Source: an uncultured Gemmatimonadales bacterium (lineage in GTDB: Bacteria; Gemmatimonadota; Gemmatimonadetes; Palauibacterales; Palauibacteraceae). Taken from it: a stretch of 64,000 bases of DNA. The translations under genes were made by a program, and so were the position numbers. Below, piece after piece: positions 1-12,233 of this stretch. The DNA lies in assembly GCA_963783385.1 (NCBI GenBank), contig CAWANJ010000006.1, forward strand, positions 352,001 to 416,000, read 5' to 3'. A model generated the notes under the pieces. It saw only the letters and a program-made list of their open reading frames with translations. It was not told where the DNA came from and made no database searches. Position 1 is the stretch's first letter. Every line of letters starts with the position of its first letter.

Positions 1-1514
1 TCTCCGACCCGGGCGTGGTCGGCAGCGTGTACCTGGATGGCGCCACCGGCGCGGTGGCCCGCATGCGCTTCACCTTCACGCCGGCATCCTACCGGGACCC
101 CAGCCTGGCCAGCATCACGGTCGATCTCGAGGCCGCCCTGCGCGGCGGCCACTGGTGGCTCCCCGCCGAGCAGTGGGTCGAGATTCGCCGGCACGCGCGC
201 TGGCTCAGCTTCCCGTTGACCGGGGTGATCCGCACCCACCTGGTCGTGCGCGACCTGCAGGTCAACGTCCGCGACATGCCGACCCTCCCTGCGGGCGCCA
301 GGGTCATGACCCTGAGCAAGCCGAAGCTGCACGCCTATCACGGATGGCAGGAGGGGTTGTTCGACGACCCGGCGGCCTCGGACCTCACGGGAGCCATGGG
401 GCCGGAGGAGGTGCGCGAGGAAGCCCGCAGGCTCGTGCGCGGTCGCTTCCTGGGAGGCGGCGGCCGGCTGAGCCCGGCCCTGCCCGACGCTTCGTCGGCG
501 TTCAGAGTCCGGCGGGCCGAGGGCGTGCTGCTCGGAGCCGGCGTCCGCTACCGGCTGAACGACGTGAGCGCGCTGGACGGCTGGGCCGGATGGCCATTCG
601 AGGCCGAGCTCCTCGAGTGGAGGGCGCGCTACCGGGGCGCCGTCGCGGGAGGCCGCCTGACGCTGGAAGCCTACGGACACCGCTTCACCGACATCGGCCC
701 CTTCCAGGCGGCGCCCGGCGCCGTGTCCACGGCGGGCTTCATCATCGGGGGCGAGGACTTCACGGACCCCTACTTCCGTACGGGAGGTCGTGCGTCGATC
801 ACCTTCCCGGCGTGGGGCGGATCGCTGTCGACCGGCATCCGGCTGGAGCGGCAGCGCTCCGCCCACCTGGTCGCCTACCCGCCCCGGGACGAGCTCACGC
901 GGCCGGTGAGGCCGGCGCGCCCGGGCGACCTGGCCGCCCTCGAGCTGGACTGGCAGAGCTCGTTCGGGGGTCCGGCCTCCGGGAGCTGGCGTGCCGACGT
1001 GGACCTGCTCGGAAGCAGCTCGGAGGTGGGGGACTTCGGCTACACCAGGGAGATCGTCACGCTGGGCGGTCGCTCCAATCCCGGAGCGGCGCCGTGGGGC
1101 TGGGAGGCGCGGCTGGGTCTGGCGCTCGTGACCGGTTCCCCGCCGCCGCAGTCTCTCCTCCTCGAGGGGGGGCGTGGCACGGTCCCGGGCTACGCCTTCC
1201 GGGCGTGGGGAGGCGATCGCGCAGCGTTCGCCAACCTGGCCGTGACGCACCAGGTGATCGGCACCTTCGTTCGCGTGCGGGCCCTGGCCGCGGTCGGCTG
1301 GGTCGATCGCGGCCCGGCCGCCGGGGCCGCCGCCGTCTGGGATTCCGTCTACGGAGCGGCTTCCGTGCACGACTCCAGGGGTCTCAGACCTTCCGCCGGC
1401 GCGGGCCTGGACTTCCTGGACGGGATCCTGCGAGTGGAGGCGGCGCGCGGGCTGGACCACGGATTCTGGGAGTGGATGGTGAGCGTCGATCCTCGGATCG
1501 GCAGCATACTCTGA
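1..1514 (+). CDS. Outer-membrane beta-barrel protein (Omp85/BamA-TamA surface-antigen-like C-terminus), 5' truncated by window edge
   Basis: ORF runs from the window start. It has alternating amphipathic beta-strands, a 'GGRGTVPGY' motif resembling the Omp85 VRGY loop, and a C-terminal 'GAGLDFLDGILRVEAARG' strand. Confidence 0.55.
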   Translation, partial: SDPGVVGSVYLDGATGAVARMRFTFTPASYRDPSLASITVDLEAALRGGHWWLPAEQWVEIRRHARWLSFPLTGVIRTHLVVRDLQVNVRDMPTLPAGARVMTLSKPKLHAYHGWQEGLFDDPAASDLTGAMGPEEVREEARRLVRGRFLGGGGRLSPALPDASSAFRVRRAEGVLLGAGVRYRLNDVSALDGWAGWPFEAELLEWRARYRGAVAGGRLTLEAYGHRFTDIGPFQAAPGAVSTAGFIIGGEDFTDPYFRTGGRASITFPAWGGSLSTGIRLERQRSAHLVAYPPRDELTRPVRPARPGDLAALELDWQSSFGGPASGSWRADVDLLGSSSEVGDFGYTREIVTLGGRSNPGAAPWGWEARLGLALVTGSPPPQSLLLEGGRGTVPGYAFRAWGGDRAAFANLAVTHQVIGTFVRVRALAAVGWVDRGPAAGAAAVWDSVYGAASVHDSRGLRPSAGAGLDFLDGILRVEAARGLDHGFWEWMVSVDPRIGSIL

Positions 1515-1521
1515 GGCGCAC

Positions 1522-2508
1522 ATGACCAAAGTGCTCATCCTGGATGGGGCGGCCGTCGAGCGGCTGCTCGAGGTGGAGCCGCTGCTCGCGGCCCTCGAAG
1601 AGGCCTTCCGGAAACTGAGTGCCGGAGAGGCCTCCGTGCCCCCGCGGGTCGCGGCCCGCACGCCGCACGGCCTCCTGGGCGCCATGCCCGGCTACGTGGA
1701 GGGCGCCGGACTGGCCTCGAAGCTGGTGACCGTGTTCCCCGGCAACGACGACGGGGAGCACCCGTCGCACCAGGGCCTCATCGTGCTGTTCGACGAGCGT
1801 AGGGGGGCGCCGCTGGCCGTCATGGACGGCATCCGGATCACGGCGCTCCGCACCGCGGCCGCCACGGCCGTGGCCACTCGTCACCTGGCCCGGGACGACG
1901 CCTCGGTCCTGGCCATCCTCGGTGCCGGAGTCCAGGGCCGGGCCCACCTCGAGACCGTGCCCCGGGTCCGGGCCCTCCGCGAGGTCCGCGTCGCCTCGCG
2001 CACGCCGGCGCACGCACGGGCTCTGGCGCGGGAGGCGCCGTCCCTGCTGGCCGGATCCGCGGGCGACGGATCCGCGCCCGAGGTCGTGGCCTGCGAGACG
2101 TTCGAGGAAGCGGTGCGTGGCGCGGACATCGTGTGCGCCTGCACGGACGCCCACCACCCGGTGATCGAGTTCGACTGGCTGGCACCGGGGGCGCACGTCA
2201 ACTCGGTGGGTGGAAGCGCCGGCAGGGAGCTGGACGCGGCCACGGTCTACCGGGGCCGGCTGTTCGTGGAGTGGCGCGGAGCCGTCACCAGCGCGCCTCC
2301 GGCGGGAGCCGGCGAGCTTCAGGGGCTCGATCCGGATACGGCCGTGGAGCTGGGCGAGCTACTGGCGGGCGGCCGCTCCGGCCGGGGGTCGGACCGGGAG
2401 ATCACCGTGTACAAGTCGACCGGCCACGCCGTCGAGGACGTGGCCGCGGCGCGGCTCGTCTACGAGCGCGCCCTGCGCGCGGGCCTGGGTACGACCGTCT
2501 CGATCTAG
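1522..2508 (+). CDS. Ornithine cyclodeaminase / mu-crystallin family protein
   Basis: 328 aa with motifs KLVTVFP, ITALRTAA, GAGVQG (Rossmann) and YKSTGHAVED. Confidence 0.9.
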   Translation: MTKVLILDGAAVERLLEVEPLLAALEEAFRKLSAGEASVPPRVAARTPHGLLGAMPGYVEGAGLASKLVTVFPGNDDGEHPSHQGLIVLFDERRGAPLAVMDGIRITALRTAAATAVATRHLARDDASVLAILGAGVQGRAHLETVPRVRALREVRVASRTPAHARALAREAPSLLAGSAGDGSAPEVVACETFEEAVRGADIVCACTDAHHPVIEFDWLAPGAHVNSVGGSAGRELDAATVYRGRLFVEWRGAVTSAPPAGAGELQGLDPDTAVELGELLAGGRSGRGSDREITVYKSTGHAVEDVAAARLVYERALRAGLGTTVSI

Positions 2509-2566
2509 GCCGATCCGCGGCCGGGGCCCCGGTCCGCCGCGGCCGCGGGACGTCCCTCGATCCAGC

Positions 2567-5417
2567 TCAGGGCTTGCACGCGTACCACGTGCGGCCCACT
2601 CCGATCTCGACCCGGAGCGGCACCTCCAGGGTCATGGCCCCCTCCATGGCCGCGCGGACCGTCTCGCGCGCCTCCTCCACCGCGCCCTCGCGCACCTCGA
2701 ACAGCAGCTCGTCGTGCACCTGCACGAGCATGCGCGTCCGGTCGGGGTCGAGCTCGTCGTGCAGCCGGATCATGGCCAGCTTGATCAGGTCGGCCGCCGA
2801 CCCCTGGATGGGCGAATTGGTGGCCGTGCGCTCCCCGAACCCGCGCACGCCGGGGTTCCTGGAACGGATCTCCGGAATGTAGCGCCGCCGCCCGCTGAGG
2901 GTCTCGACGTAGCCCTTCTCGCGGGCCTCCTCCTTCATTCGCTCCAGGTAGGCCTTCACGCCCGCGAAGCGCTCGAAGTAGCCCTCGATGAAGCGCGCCG
3001 CCTCACGCCGAGAGATCCCGAGCTGCGCCGCCAGGGCTGCCGGTCCCTGGCCGTAGATCGTGGCGAAGTTGATGGTCTTGGCGCGATCCCGCATGCCGCC
3101 GTTCACGTCCTCCGGCTTCACGCCGAAGATGCGCGCCGCCGTCTCCCGGTGGATGTCGCGACCCTCCCGGAAGGCCCGCACGAACGCGGGGTCGCCGGAC
3201 AGGTGCGCCAGGATACGGAGCTCCACCTGGGAGTAGTCCGCTCCCAGGAAGGTCCACCCCTCCTCGGCCACGAAACCCTTGCGGATCTCGCGCCCCAGGA
3301 CCGATCGGATCGGGATGTTCTGGAGGTTGGGCTCGGAGGAGGACAGACGCCCCGTGGCGGCGATGGTCTGGTTGAAGCTGGTGTGGACGCGGCGCGTGTC
3401 GGGATTGACCAGGCCGGGGAGGACGCTGACGTAGGTCGAGTTCAGCTTGTCGAGCTCCCGGTATTCGAGGATGAGCCGCGGGATCTGGTGGCCGCGGGCG
3501 GCGAGCTCGGTGAGCACGCTTTCGTCGGTCGACGGCCCCGTCTTGGTCCGCTTGAGGACCGGGAGCTCCAGCCTCTCGAACAGGAGCTCCCGGAGCTGCG
3601 GCACCGAGCGCAGGTTCACCTCCTCGCCGGCGATCTTCTGGATCTCCTCCTCCACCAGCCGGAGCTCCCGGGAGATCCGCTCCTGGAGCTTCTCGAAGAA
3701 GGCGAGGTCCAGCCCGATCCCGGTCATCTCCATGTCGGCGAGCACCGGGACGAGCGGCACCTCGATGCGCTCCAGGAGCTCGAGCATGGCGTGCTCGCGG
3801 AGCTCGCGCTCGAGCACCCCGGCCAGCCGCAGCGTGTAGTCCGCGTCCTCCCCGGCGTACTGGAGGGCGTCGTCCAGCGAGACCTCGGCGAAGGAGATCT
3901 GGGAGGCCCCGCTCCCGCACACGTCCTCGTAGGAGGTCAGCTTCCGGCCCAGCCGGTCCATGACCAGGATGTCGAGGGCGTGCTCGCGCTTCCCGGGATC
4001 GAGGCAGTAGGAGGCCAGCGAGGTGTCGAACCGGATCCCCCCGATCTCCCCGCCGGCCCTGCGCAGCACCACGAGGTCGTACTTGATGTTCTGCCCCACC
4101 TTGGCCACCTCCGGATCGGCCAGCAGGGCCCGCAGCGGTTCCATCGGCTCATCGGTCAGGGCGGGGAGGTTGTCCGGCTCGCGGGCGTCCAGCGCCAGGG
4201 CCGGCTCGCCGTCGGGCCCGGTCTCGGTCATGGGCGGTACGTGCCCGACCGGCAGGTAGAAGGCCCGGCCCGGCTCGGCGGCCAGCGAGATCCCGACCAG
4301 CCGCGCTCTCATCGGGTCGAGGGACGTGGTCTCGGTGTCCACGGAGAGTAGAGGGCCGATCCCGGGTCCCTCCTCCGCCTCCCCGCCGGAGCCCTCGGCG
4401 CCCCGGGCGCCCACTTCCCCTCGCAGCGCGGCGCGAAGCTCGCCGACCACCTCGGCCAGACGCTCGACGGAGGTCACGAGCTCGTAGTCCTCCTGGACCT
4501 GGTCGCCCTTCCCTTCGGGCGCGTATTCGCGCAGGAGGGTGTGGAACTCCAGGGCGAGGAACAGGTCGCGGAGCCGCCTGCGATCGGGAGGCTCCCGGCG
4601 GAAGCGCTCCAGGTCGAGCGACACGGGCGCATCGCGCCGGATGGTCACCAGCTCCCGTGAGAGCCGGGCTCCATCGGCGGCTCCCTCCAGGGCGTTCCGG
4701 GCCCGGGTGCTCTTGACCTCGTCCACGTGGGCCAGGACGCCTTCGAGACTCCCGAAGCGCTCCAGGAGCTTGGGCGCCGTCTTCTTCCCGATCCCGCGCA
4801 CGCCCGGGACGTTGTCCGAGCTGTCGCCGATGAGAGCCAGATAGTCGGGCACCTGGGCCGGTGGCACGCCCAGCCGCTCGTCGGCGTTGTCCGGGGACAC
4901 CCACTCGGCATCCACTCCGGCGGGGCCGCCCCGCCCGGGGTTCAGGAGCCAGAATGTGCTCGTCGATGAGCTGGTAGAAGTCCTTGTCCCCGGAGATGAT
5001 GACCGTCTGGAGCCCCGTCCCCTCGGCCTCGGCGGCCAGCGTCCCGATCACGTCGTCCGCCTCCCAGCCCTCGGCCTCGACGACGGGTACCCGGAACGCC
5101 TCGACCAGCTCCCGACAGCGAGGCAGGGAGGCCTCGAGCTCGTCCGGCATCTTCTCTCGCGTCGCCTTGTACTCGGGGTGCATCTCGGTCCGGAAGCTGT
5201 CGCCCGCGTCGAACACGACCGCCAGGTAATCGGGCCGGTGGTTGTCCAGCACGTCGATGAGGAAGCGCGCGAGGCCGTACGGCGCGGAAGTGTTCTCCCC
5301 CTTCGAGGTGGTGAGAGGGCGGCTGATCATGGCATAGAACGCCCTGTAAATGAGGGCGTAGCCGTCGATCAGGTAGAGGATCGGGCGGTCGAACTCGGGG
5401 ACGGATACGTCGTTCAC
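2567..5417 (-). CDS. polA: DNA polymerase I, with a one-base frameshift at ~4953
   Basis: 5'-3' exonuclease (LIDGYALIYRAF, EADDVI, SGDKDFYQL) is in one frame. The rest is in another: ALIGDSSDNVPG, Exo motifs DTET/NIKYD/YAGED, TGRLSSSEPNLQNIP, DYSQVELRILAH, KTINFATIYG, QVHDELL. Removing one base at 4953-4954 restores ...EHIWLLNPGRGG... Confidence 0.95.
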
Positions 5418-5517
5418 GGCTCTCCGTGGCTGTAAACGGTTGCGCCCCGCGCCGGGGGCGCGGGGCGCGGCGGCGCCCGCACGGGACGGGCGTGTTAACT
5501 GCGGCGGGACCCTGCGG

Positions 5518-5721
5518 TCAGACCCGGGTCACGCGCGTCGCGTGAAGGCCCTTGTCGCCCTTGGCCAGCTCGAACTCGACTTCCTGCCCCTCGGCCAGGG
5601 TCTTGAAGCCGTCCATCTCAATGGCGCTGTAGTGGACGAAGATGTCCTCGCTGCCGTCCGGCGGCTCAATGAAGCCGTAGCCCTTGGCGTCGTTGAACCA
5701 CTTCACGGTACCTCGGGGCAT
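5518..5721 (-). CDS. Cold-shock protein (CspA family)
   Basis: 67 aa with [15 protein letters not shown] and [11 protein letters not shown] motifs; SD-like AGGAGGAG upstream. Confidence 0.95.
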   Translation of the reverse strand: MPRGTVKWFNDAKGYGFIEPPDGSEDIFVHYSAIEMDGFKTLAEGQEVEFELAKGDKGLHATRVTRV

Positions 5722-5871
5722 GGAACTCCTCCTGCGCGGATGAACGGGTGGGGGACACGAGTTCCATCGTATTCCGGGTCTCCGGCGTCGTCAACAGCCC
5801 CGCGGGCGGCGGGCGGGACCCGGGTATACGGCGGCTCGCGGATGCGTCGCGGGCGTGGGCCCGCACGGCCG

Positions 5872-8076
5872 CTAACCGGTGCCCAGGGCCGAATCGGCCG
5901 CGGTCGACGCCGGCCCCAGGTCGTGGAGCTTCCGGTAGAGGAGCTCGTTGCGGAGGACAGCCTTCACGTAGCGCCGTGTCTCCGCGAAGGGGATCGCCTC
6001 CACGAACAGCTCCGCGTCCGCGCGGCGCTCGGGGAGCCGGCGCCATCAATGCCACCGGGTCGGGCCCGCGTTGTACGCCACCAGCGCCGCCAGCCGGGAT
6101 CCATCGTAGCGTGCGAGGAGCTCGGACAGGTAGCGGGCACCCAGCTGGATGTTCACCCCGGGATCCAGGAGATCCGTGGAGTCCGGCTCGGGCAGGCCGG
6201 CGTTCCGCGCCACCCGCCGCGCCGTGACCGGCATGAGCTGGGTGAGACCCACGGCCCCCGCGTCCGAGACGGCTTCGGGGTCGAAGGCCGACTCCTGTCG
6301 CACGACGGCGGCCAGGAGGGCCGGGTCGACGTTGACCTGGCGGGCCGCGGCAATGAGGGTGTCCCGGTACGGAAGCGGGTACACCGCCCTGAGCAGGGAC
6401 TCGTCCCACTGGCCGCTCCGCGCCGCGAACGCGCTCCAGGCCATCCCAATGGCGGGGCTCGACCAGCCGGCCTCCTCCAGCCGATGGGCCAGCTCCAGGC
6501 GGTCCGCACCCTGCTTCACCAGCGCTTCCCGGGCGGCAGCCAGCTCGGTGAGGGCCCGCGGCCTCCACCCCAGCTCTCGGAGCAGATTCATGCGCGCCAG
6601 CAGGGTGTCGACCCGGTCGCTCCAGGCCGGGGCGGGCTCGGGCAGCGTATCCGGATCCACGCCAGCCAGGACGTCTCCTCCCAGCCGATCCGCGGCGCGC
6701 AGTCCGTAGTAGCCGACGGGGTCGGTACGCGCCACGCGCCCGTACAGCCCCAACGCCGCCAATGTGTCACCGGCGGCCTCGCGGGCCCGGCCCTCCCAGT
6801 AGACCGCCGCCGACGCCCAGGCGCCCCTGGGGCTACGGAGCCGATAGCTCCGGAAGCGGACCGCCGCCCCGGCGTAGTCCTCCTGGAGGAAGGCCACGAA
6901 ACCGAGCCTCATGAGTGCCAGGCCACCGTAGTAGGAGCGCGGAAAGCGCGCCGAAGTGCGCTTCAGCCAGGTTCGCATGGACGTGAGTCGCCCTCGATCG
7001 TGCGCCAGGTCGGCCAGGAGGTAGGCCGCGCGCGCCGCGGCGACACCCCGGCCGCGCGCGGCTCGCCGGAAGGCGGACTCGGCCCCCGAGCGACGGCCAC
7101 GCCGCAGCGCATCCGTGCCCACGGCCAGCTCCATCGCGGCCCGCACGGAGTCGGGCGTCGCCTCGCGGCCCACCCACGGTTGGACCGCCACATCCACGCC
7201 CGGCAGCCCGGCGTCCAGGCGGGTTTCGGCGAGCCGGAGCGAAAGTCGGGCCCGCCGGGCCGCCGGCGCCGCGCGCACCGCACGAGCCAGGAGCTCGGCC
7301 GCGTGCCCGGACCGGCCCTCCCGGCGTTCGGCCATGGCCACGTCGCGCAGCGTCTCCCAGCCGTCGTCGAGTGCCAGGAGGCTGTCGCCCGCCCCGCGCG
7401 GCACGCCCTCCGCCTGCAGGGCTCGGCGGTAGCCCGCCGTGGCGGCGGCCGTGTCGCCGGCGCCGAGGAGGACCGGCGCGGCCCGACCCGTCCACAGCTC
7501 CGGATCCCAGCGGGCGTCCACGGACGCGGCCACCGCCGCCAGCGCGGCCGGAGGCTCCGAGTCCCCCGCGACCAGCGCCGCGCGCGCCAGCTCGAGGTCG
7601 ATGGAATCGGCTAGAATGCTCGGATCCGAACGAAGGCGAGCGGCCAGCGACTGCGCCCAGGCCGGGAGGCCCGCGCGGGCCGCCTGCTGGAGGGCGGAAA
7701 GCCCGAGCCATCCGGAGATCTCGGGGCGGCCACGTGCGGCCGCCGCGTACAGCCCGCCGGCGGCGGCGTGCTGGCCGGCGGAGGCCAGCCGGTCGGCCCT
7801 CCCGGTGAGGGCCCGGAGGGAGTCGAGCGAGAGGGTGTCCGGCCGGACGAGCATCTCCCGGTCGGTCGCCGCCGTACCGGCGCCGACCCGGGCCAGGGCC
7901 GGCGGCGAGAGCCCCGCCACGGGACCGACGGCCAGGAGCGCGAGGCCGAGCATGGCCGTCGACCGGGGAGCCGCCGCCCCGCGACGACGGCGGACGGGGA
8001 GCACGACCCGCCGTCCGGCACCGGGATCTCGATCGCGCCGATCACGTGTCCCGGGCATCGTCTCGGTCTCCCACAT
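5872..8076 (-). CDS. Soluble lytic transglycosylase (SLT domain with TPR-like repeats), interrupted by an in-frame TGA at 6046-6048
   Basis: Motifs RQESAF, GAVGLTQLMP and AYNAG. After the TGA the same frame continues WRRLPE...FVEAIPFAETRRYVKAV to a TAG at 5872. Start is uncertain (8076 or ATG 7953). Confidence 0.85.
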
Positions 8077-8193
8077 CCCCGTCCCACACCCGACTGCGCG
8101 AAGGGCCCGGGATGCGATCCCGGGCCCTCGCCGCCACCGTTCAGCTTGGGAGGTCCGGGCGGTCGGAGCCGCCGGCGGCCTCCGCGTCGCGCG

Positions 8194-8901
8194 TCAGCCC
8201 GCGGCGCGGCCCGTGTCGTGCTCGTGGAGAGCGTCGATCATCTTCTGCGTGCTCTCCTCCATCGAGAGGACAAGGCGGTCCACCTGCGTCACGAAGTAGT
8301 TGTGCGCGATGTTGATCGGGATCGCGATCGTGAGACCGGCGGCCGTCGTGATCAGGGCCACCTTGATCCCGCCCGCCACCAGCGTGGCCTCCACCTCGCC
8401 GGCGATCTGGATGGCCTGGAAGGCCTGGATCATCCCGACCACCGTGCCGAGGAAGCCGAGCAGCGGCGCGACGTTGGACAGGGTGGCCAGCCACACCAGG
8501 CCGCGCTCGAGGCCGGCCAGCTCGATCACGCCGGCGTTCTCGACGGCACGCATGGCCCGCTCGGCGCCCTCGTCGTGGCGGCGCAGGCCGGCCTTCAGGA
8601 TCCTGGCGGCGGGAGCCTTGGACTCCTCGCAGCGCTGCAGGGCCGCGTCGAGCTTGTGCTGAGCGATGAGCTCATCGACCTCGCCGAGCAGCGACCGGGT
8701 ACGCGCGGACTTCGTCATCAAGTCGATGAACTTCCAGACGATGATGATGGCCCCGGCGACGGCGCAGAAACCGAGCGGGTACATCATGAAGCCGCCCGCC
8801 TTCCACAGTTCTCCGAAGTGCAGCTTCTGTCCGGCACCAATGGTTGGCGTGGCGGCCTGCAGCAGCAGGAGCGCCAATGCGGTGAGACTGCTCAAGGTCA
8901 C
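8194..8901 (-). CDS. MotA/TolQ/ExbB proton channel family protein
   Basis: APLLGFLGTVVGMIQAF and ALITTAAGLTIAIP signature helices. Confidence 0.9.
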   Translation of the reverse strand: MTLSSLTALALLLLQAATPTIGAGQKLHFGELWKAGGFMMYPLGFCAVAGAIIIVWKFIDLMTKSARTRSLLGEVDELIAQHKLDAALQRCEESKAPAARILKAGLRRHDEGAERAMRAVENAGVIELAGLERGLVWLATLSNVAPLLGFLGTVVGMIQAFQAIQIAGEVEATLVAGGIKVALITTAAGLTIAIPINIAHNYFVTQVDRLVLSMEESTQKMIDALHEHDTGRAAG

Positions 8902-9013
8902 CTCCAGCGTGCTCGTTCCTTACCGGGCCCGCAACCACGCAGGAAGCTACGCGTGCCGGACCGCACCCGATCGACAGTAGGCCCGAGAACCTATTCGGGG
9001 CTCCGATGGGCTG

Positions 9014-10074
9014 TCAAGCCGGGGGCTCGTCCGCGACCCCCGCTGGCGGGTCGATCCCCTCGGCCACACGCCAGGCCGGCGTCTTGATGCAGCGGGCCCA
9101 TCCCTCCGGACGCTTGCGTTCGAGTGGCGGAAGCGTGGCCCGACAGGCGGCGTCCCGCTCCGGGTGCATACACCGCGGCTCGAACGGGCAGCCCCCCTCC
9201 GGCACGGACCCGGCCCGCGCCTCTCCGCGCACCGGGGCGTGCGCACGCCGGCCGGGGCGCGGCCTCGGGACCGCCTCCAGGAGCGCCCGCGTGTACGGGT
9301 GCAGGGGACGTCGGAACAGCTCCTCGCACGTCCCCGATTCCACGATGCGGCCCATGTACATGACCGCCACGCGCTGGGCCACGTGGCGAACGACGGCCAG
9401 GTCGTGGGCGATGAACAGGTAGGTGAGACCAAGATCCCGCTGCAGGTCCGAGAGCAAGTTGAGGACCTGGGCCTGCACGGACACGTCGAGGGCGCTCACC
9501 GGCTCGTCCGCCACCACGAGGTCGGGCTCGACGCTGAGCGCGCGGGCGATCCCGATCCGCTGGCGCTGGCCGCCGGAGAACTCGTGGGGATAGCGCCCGG
9601 CGTCCTCGGGATCGAGGCCGACGCGGCGCAGCAATTCGGCGACCCGCTCGGGAACCCGTTCCCGCGGCACCACGCCGTGGACGCGGAGCGGCTCGCCCAG
9701 CGCCTCGCCGACCCGGATGCGAGGATTGAGCGAGCCGACCGGGTCCTGGAACACGATCTGGGCACGGCGCCGGAAGGAGAGGAGGTCGGCGCCCGAGAGG
9801 CCGTGCACATCGGCGCCGTCGAAGCGCACGGTCCCGGCGTCCGGGCGCTCCAGCCCGAGGACGATCCGGGCCGTCGTCGACTTTCCGCAGCCCGACTCCC
9901 CGACCAGCGCCAGGGTCTCTCCGCGGCGGAGCTCGAAGGAGACGTCCCGCACGGCACGGATGGCCTCGCCCCGCCGCCGGAAGGCACCGCCGGATGCCGC
10001 GTAGGTGCGGGCGATCCCCTCGACCTCGAGGAGGGGCCCGTCGCCGGCGGGGGCCGCCGAAGATGCCGGCCCGG

Positions 10075-10078
<4 letters not shown>
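9014..10078 (-). CDS. Oligopeptide/dipeptide ABC transporter ATP-binding protein (OppF/DppF-like)
   Basis: GESGCGKS, YPHEFSGGQRQR, DEPVSALD, HPYTRALL and a C-terminal GCPFEPRC domain. Confidence 0.92.
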
Positions 10079-11117
<1,039 letters not shown>

Positions 11118-11118
<1 letters not shown>

Positions 11119-12233
11119 CACAGCCCCCGCGCGTGCCGCGGGTCGAGGGCGTCGCGCAGCCCGTCCCCGACCAGATTGAAGCTCATCACCGTGAGCACGA
11201 TGGCCAGGCCCGGAAAGGCCGCGATCCACCAGGCGTTCAGCATCACGTCCCGGCCCGAGGCCACCATGTTGCCCCAGCTCGCGGTGGGCGGCTGAACGCC
11301 GAGGCCGAGGAAGCTGAGCGCCGCCTCGGCCAGGATCGTGTTCCCCACGCCGAGCGTGGCCGCGACGATCACGGGAGTGAGCGCGTTCGGGAGGACGTGC
11401 CGCACCAGGATGCGCCAGCGGCCCAGTCCGAGCGCGCGCGCCGCCTGGACGTAGTCCTCCTCCCGGATCGACAGCACCTGGCCGCGGACGATGCGCGCGG
11501 TCCCCATCCAGCCGGTCAGCCCCAGCACGAGAATCACGAGGCCCAGGTGCGGCTCGAACAGCGCCACGAGAGCAATGAGAAGGACGAGACGGGGGAAGCT
11601 GAGCAACAGGTCGACGCCGCGCATCGAGGCGGTATCCATCATCCCGCCCGCCAGGCCGGCGCCCGAGCCAACCAGCGTTCCCACCGTCATCGCGATCGCG
11701 ACCGCGACGAAGCCGATCGTGAGGCTGATGCGAGCGCCGTACAGGACGCGGCTGAGCACGTCCCGCCCGAAGCGGTCGGTGCCGAGGGGGTGCGCGACGG
11801 ACGGGGGCAGGAAGCGGGTCGCGACCACGGCGTGCTGGGCGTTGGGGTCGAAGGGCGCCAGATAGGGGGTCAGGAGGGCGACGAGGATGAGGGCCGCGAG
11901 CAGGACGAGCCCGATCGACGCCTGCCGGTGGCGCGCGAACGCCTCCCAGTCGATGGGGCCCACCGGAGCATCCGAGGCCTTCCGTGGCTCCCGGCGGAGC
12001 CATCCGAGGGCGGCCACTGGACAGGCGACCAGACAGGCCACGAGCGTGGCCAGGGCCAGCCACTGGTCGGCGGACCCGCCGCGCAGGGTGAAGACGATCC
12101 GTCCGAGGCGCAGGGCGGTCAGCGCCCACAGGAACGCCCAGGCCGCCAGGACGGCGGCGCCTCCGCTCCTCCCCGACAGCGCGGCGCGCGCGCCCGGCAG
12201 CAGGAGGTCCAGGACCAGGCCGGCTCGCCTCAT
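11118..12233 (-). CDS. Peptide ABC transporter permease (OppC/DppC-like) with an N-terminal hydrophobic extension
   Basis: HPLGTDRFGRD, ARIVRGQVL..DYVQAARALG, RHVLPN, NLVGDGLRDALDP. Confidence 0.9.

Noticed and set aside
6020-6048. Selenocysteine or alternative-code readthrough of the SLT TGA
   Set aside because: The position is not a Cys-type catalytic site, the downstream hairpin is unremarkable at this GC content, and TGA terminates many genes here.
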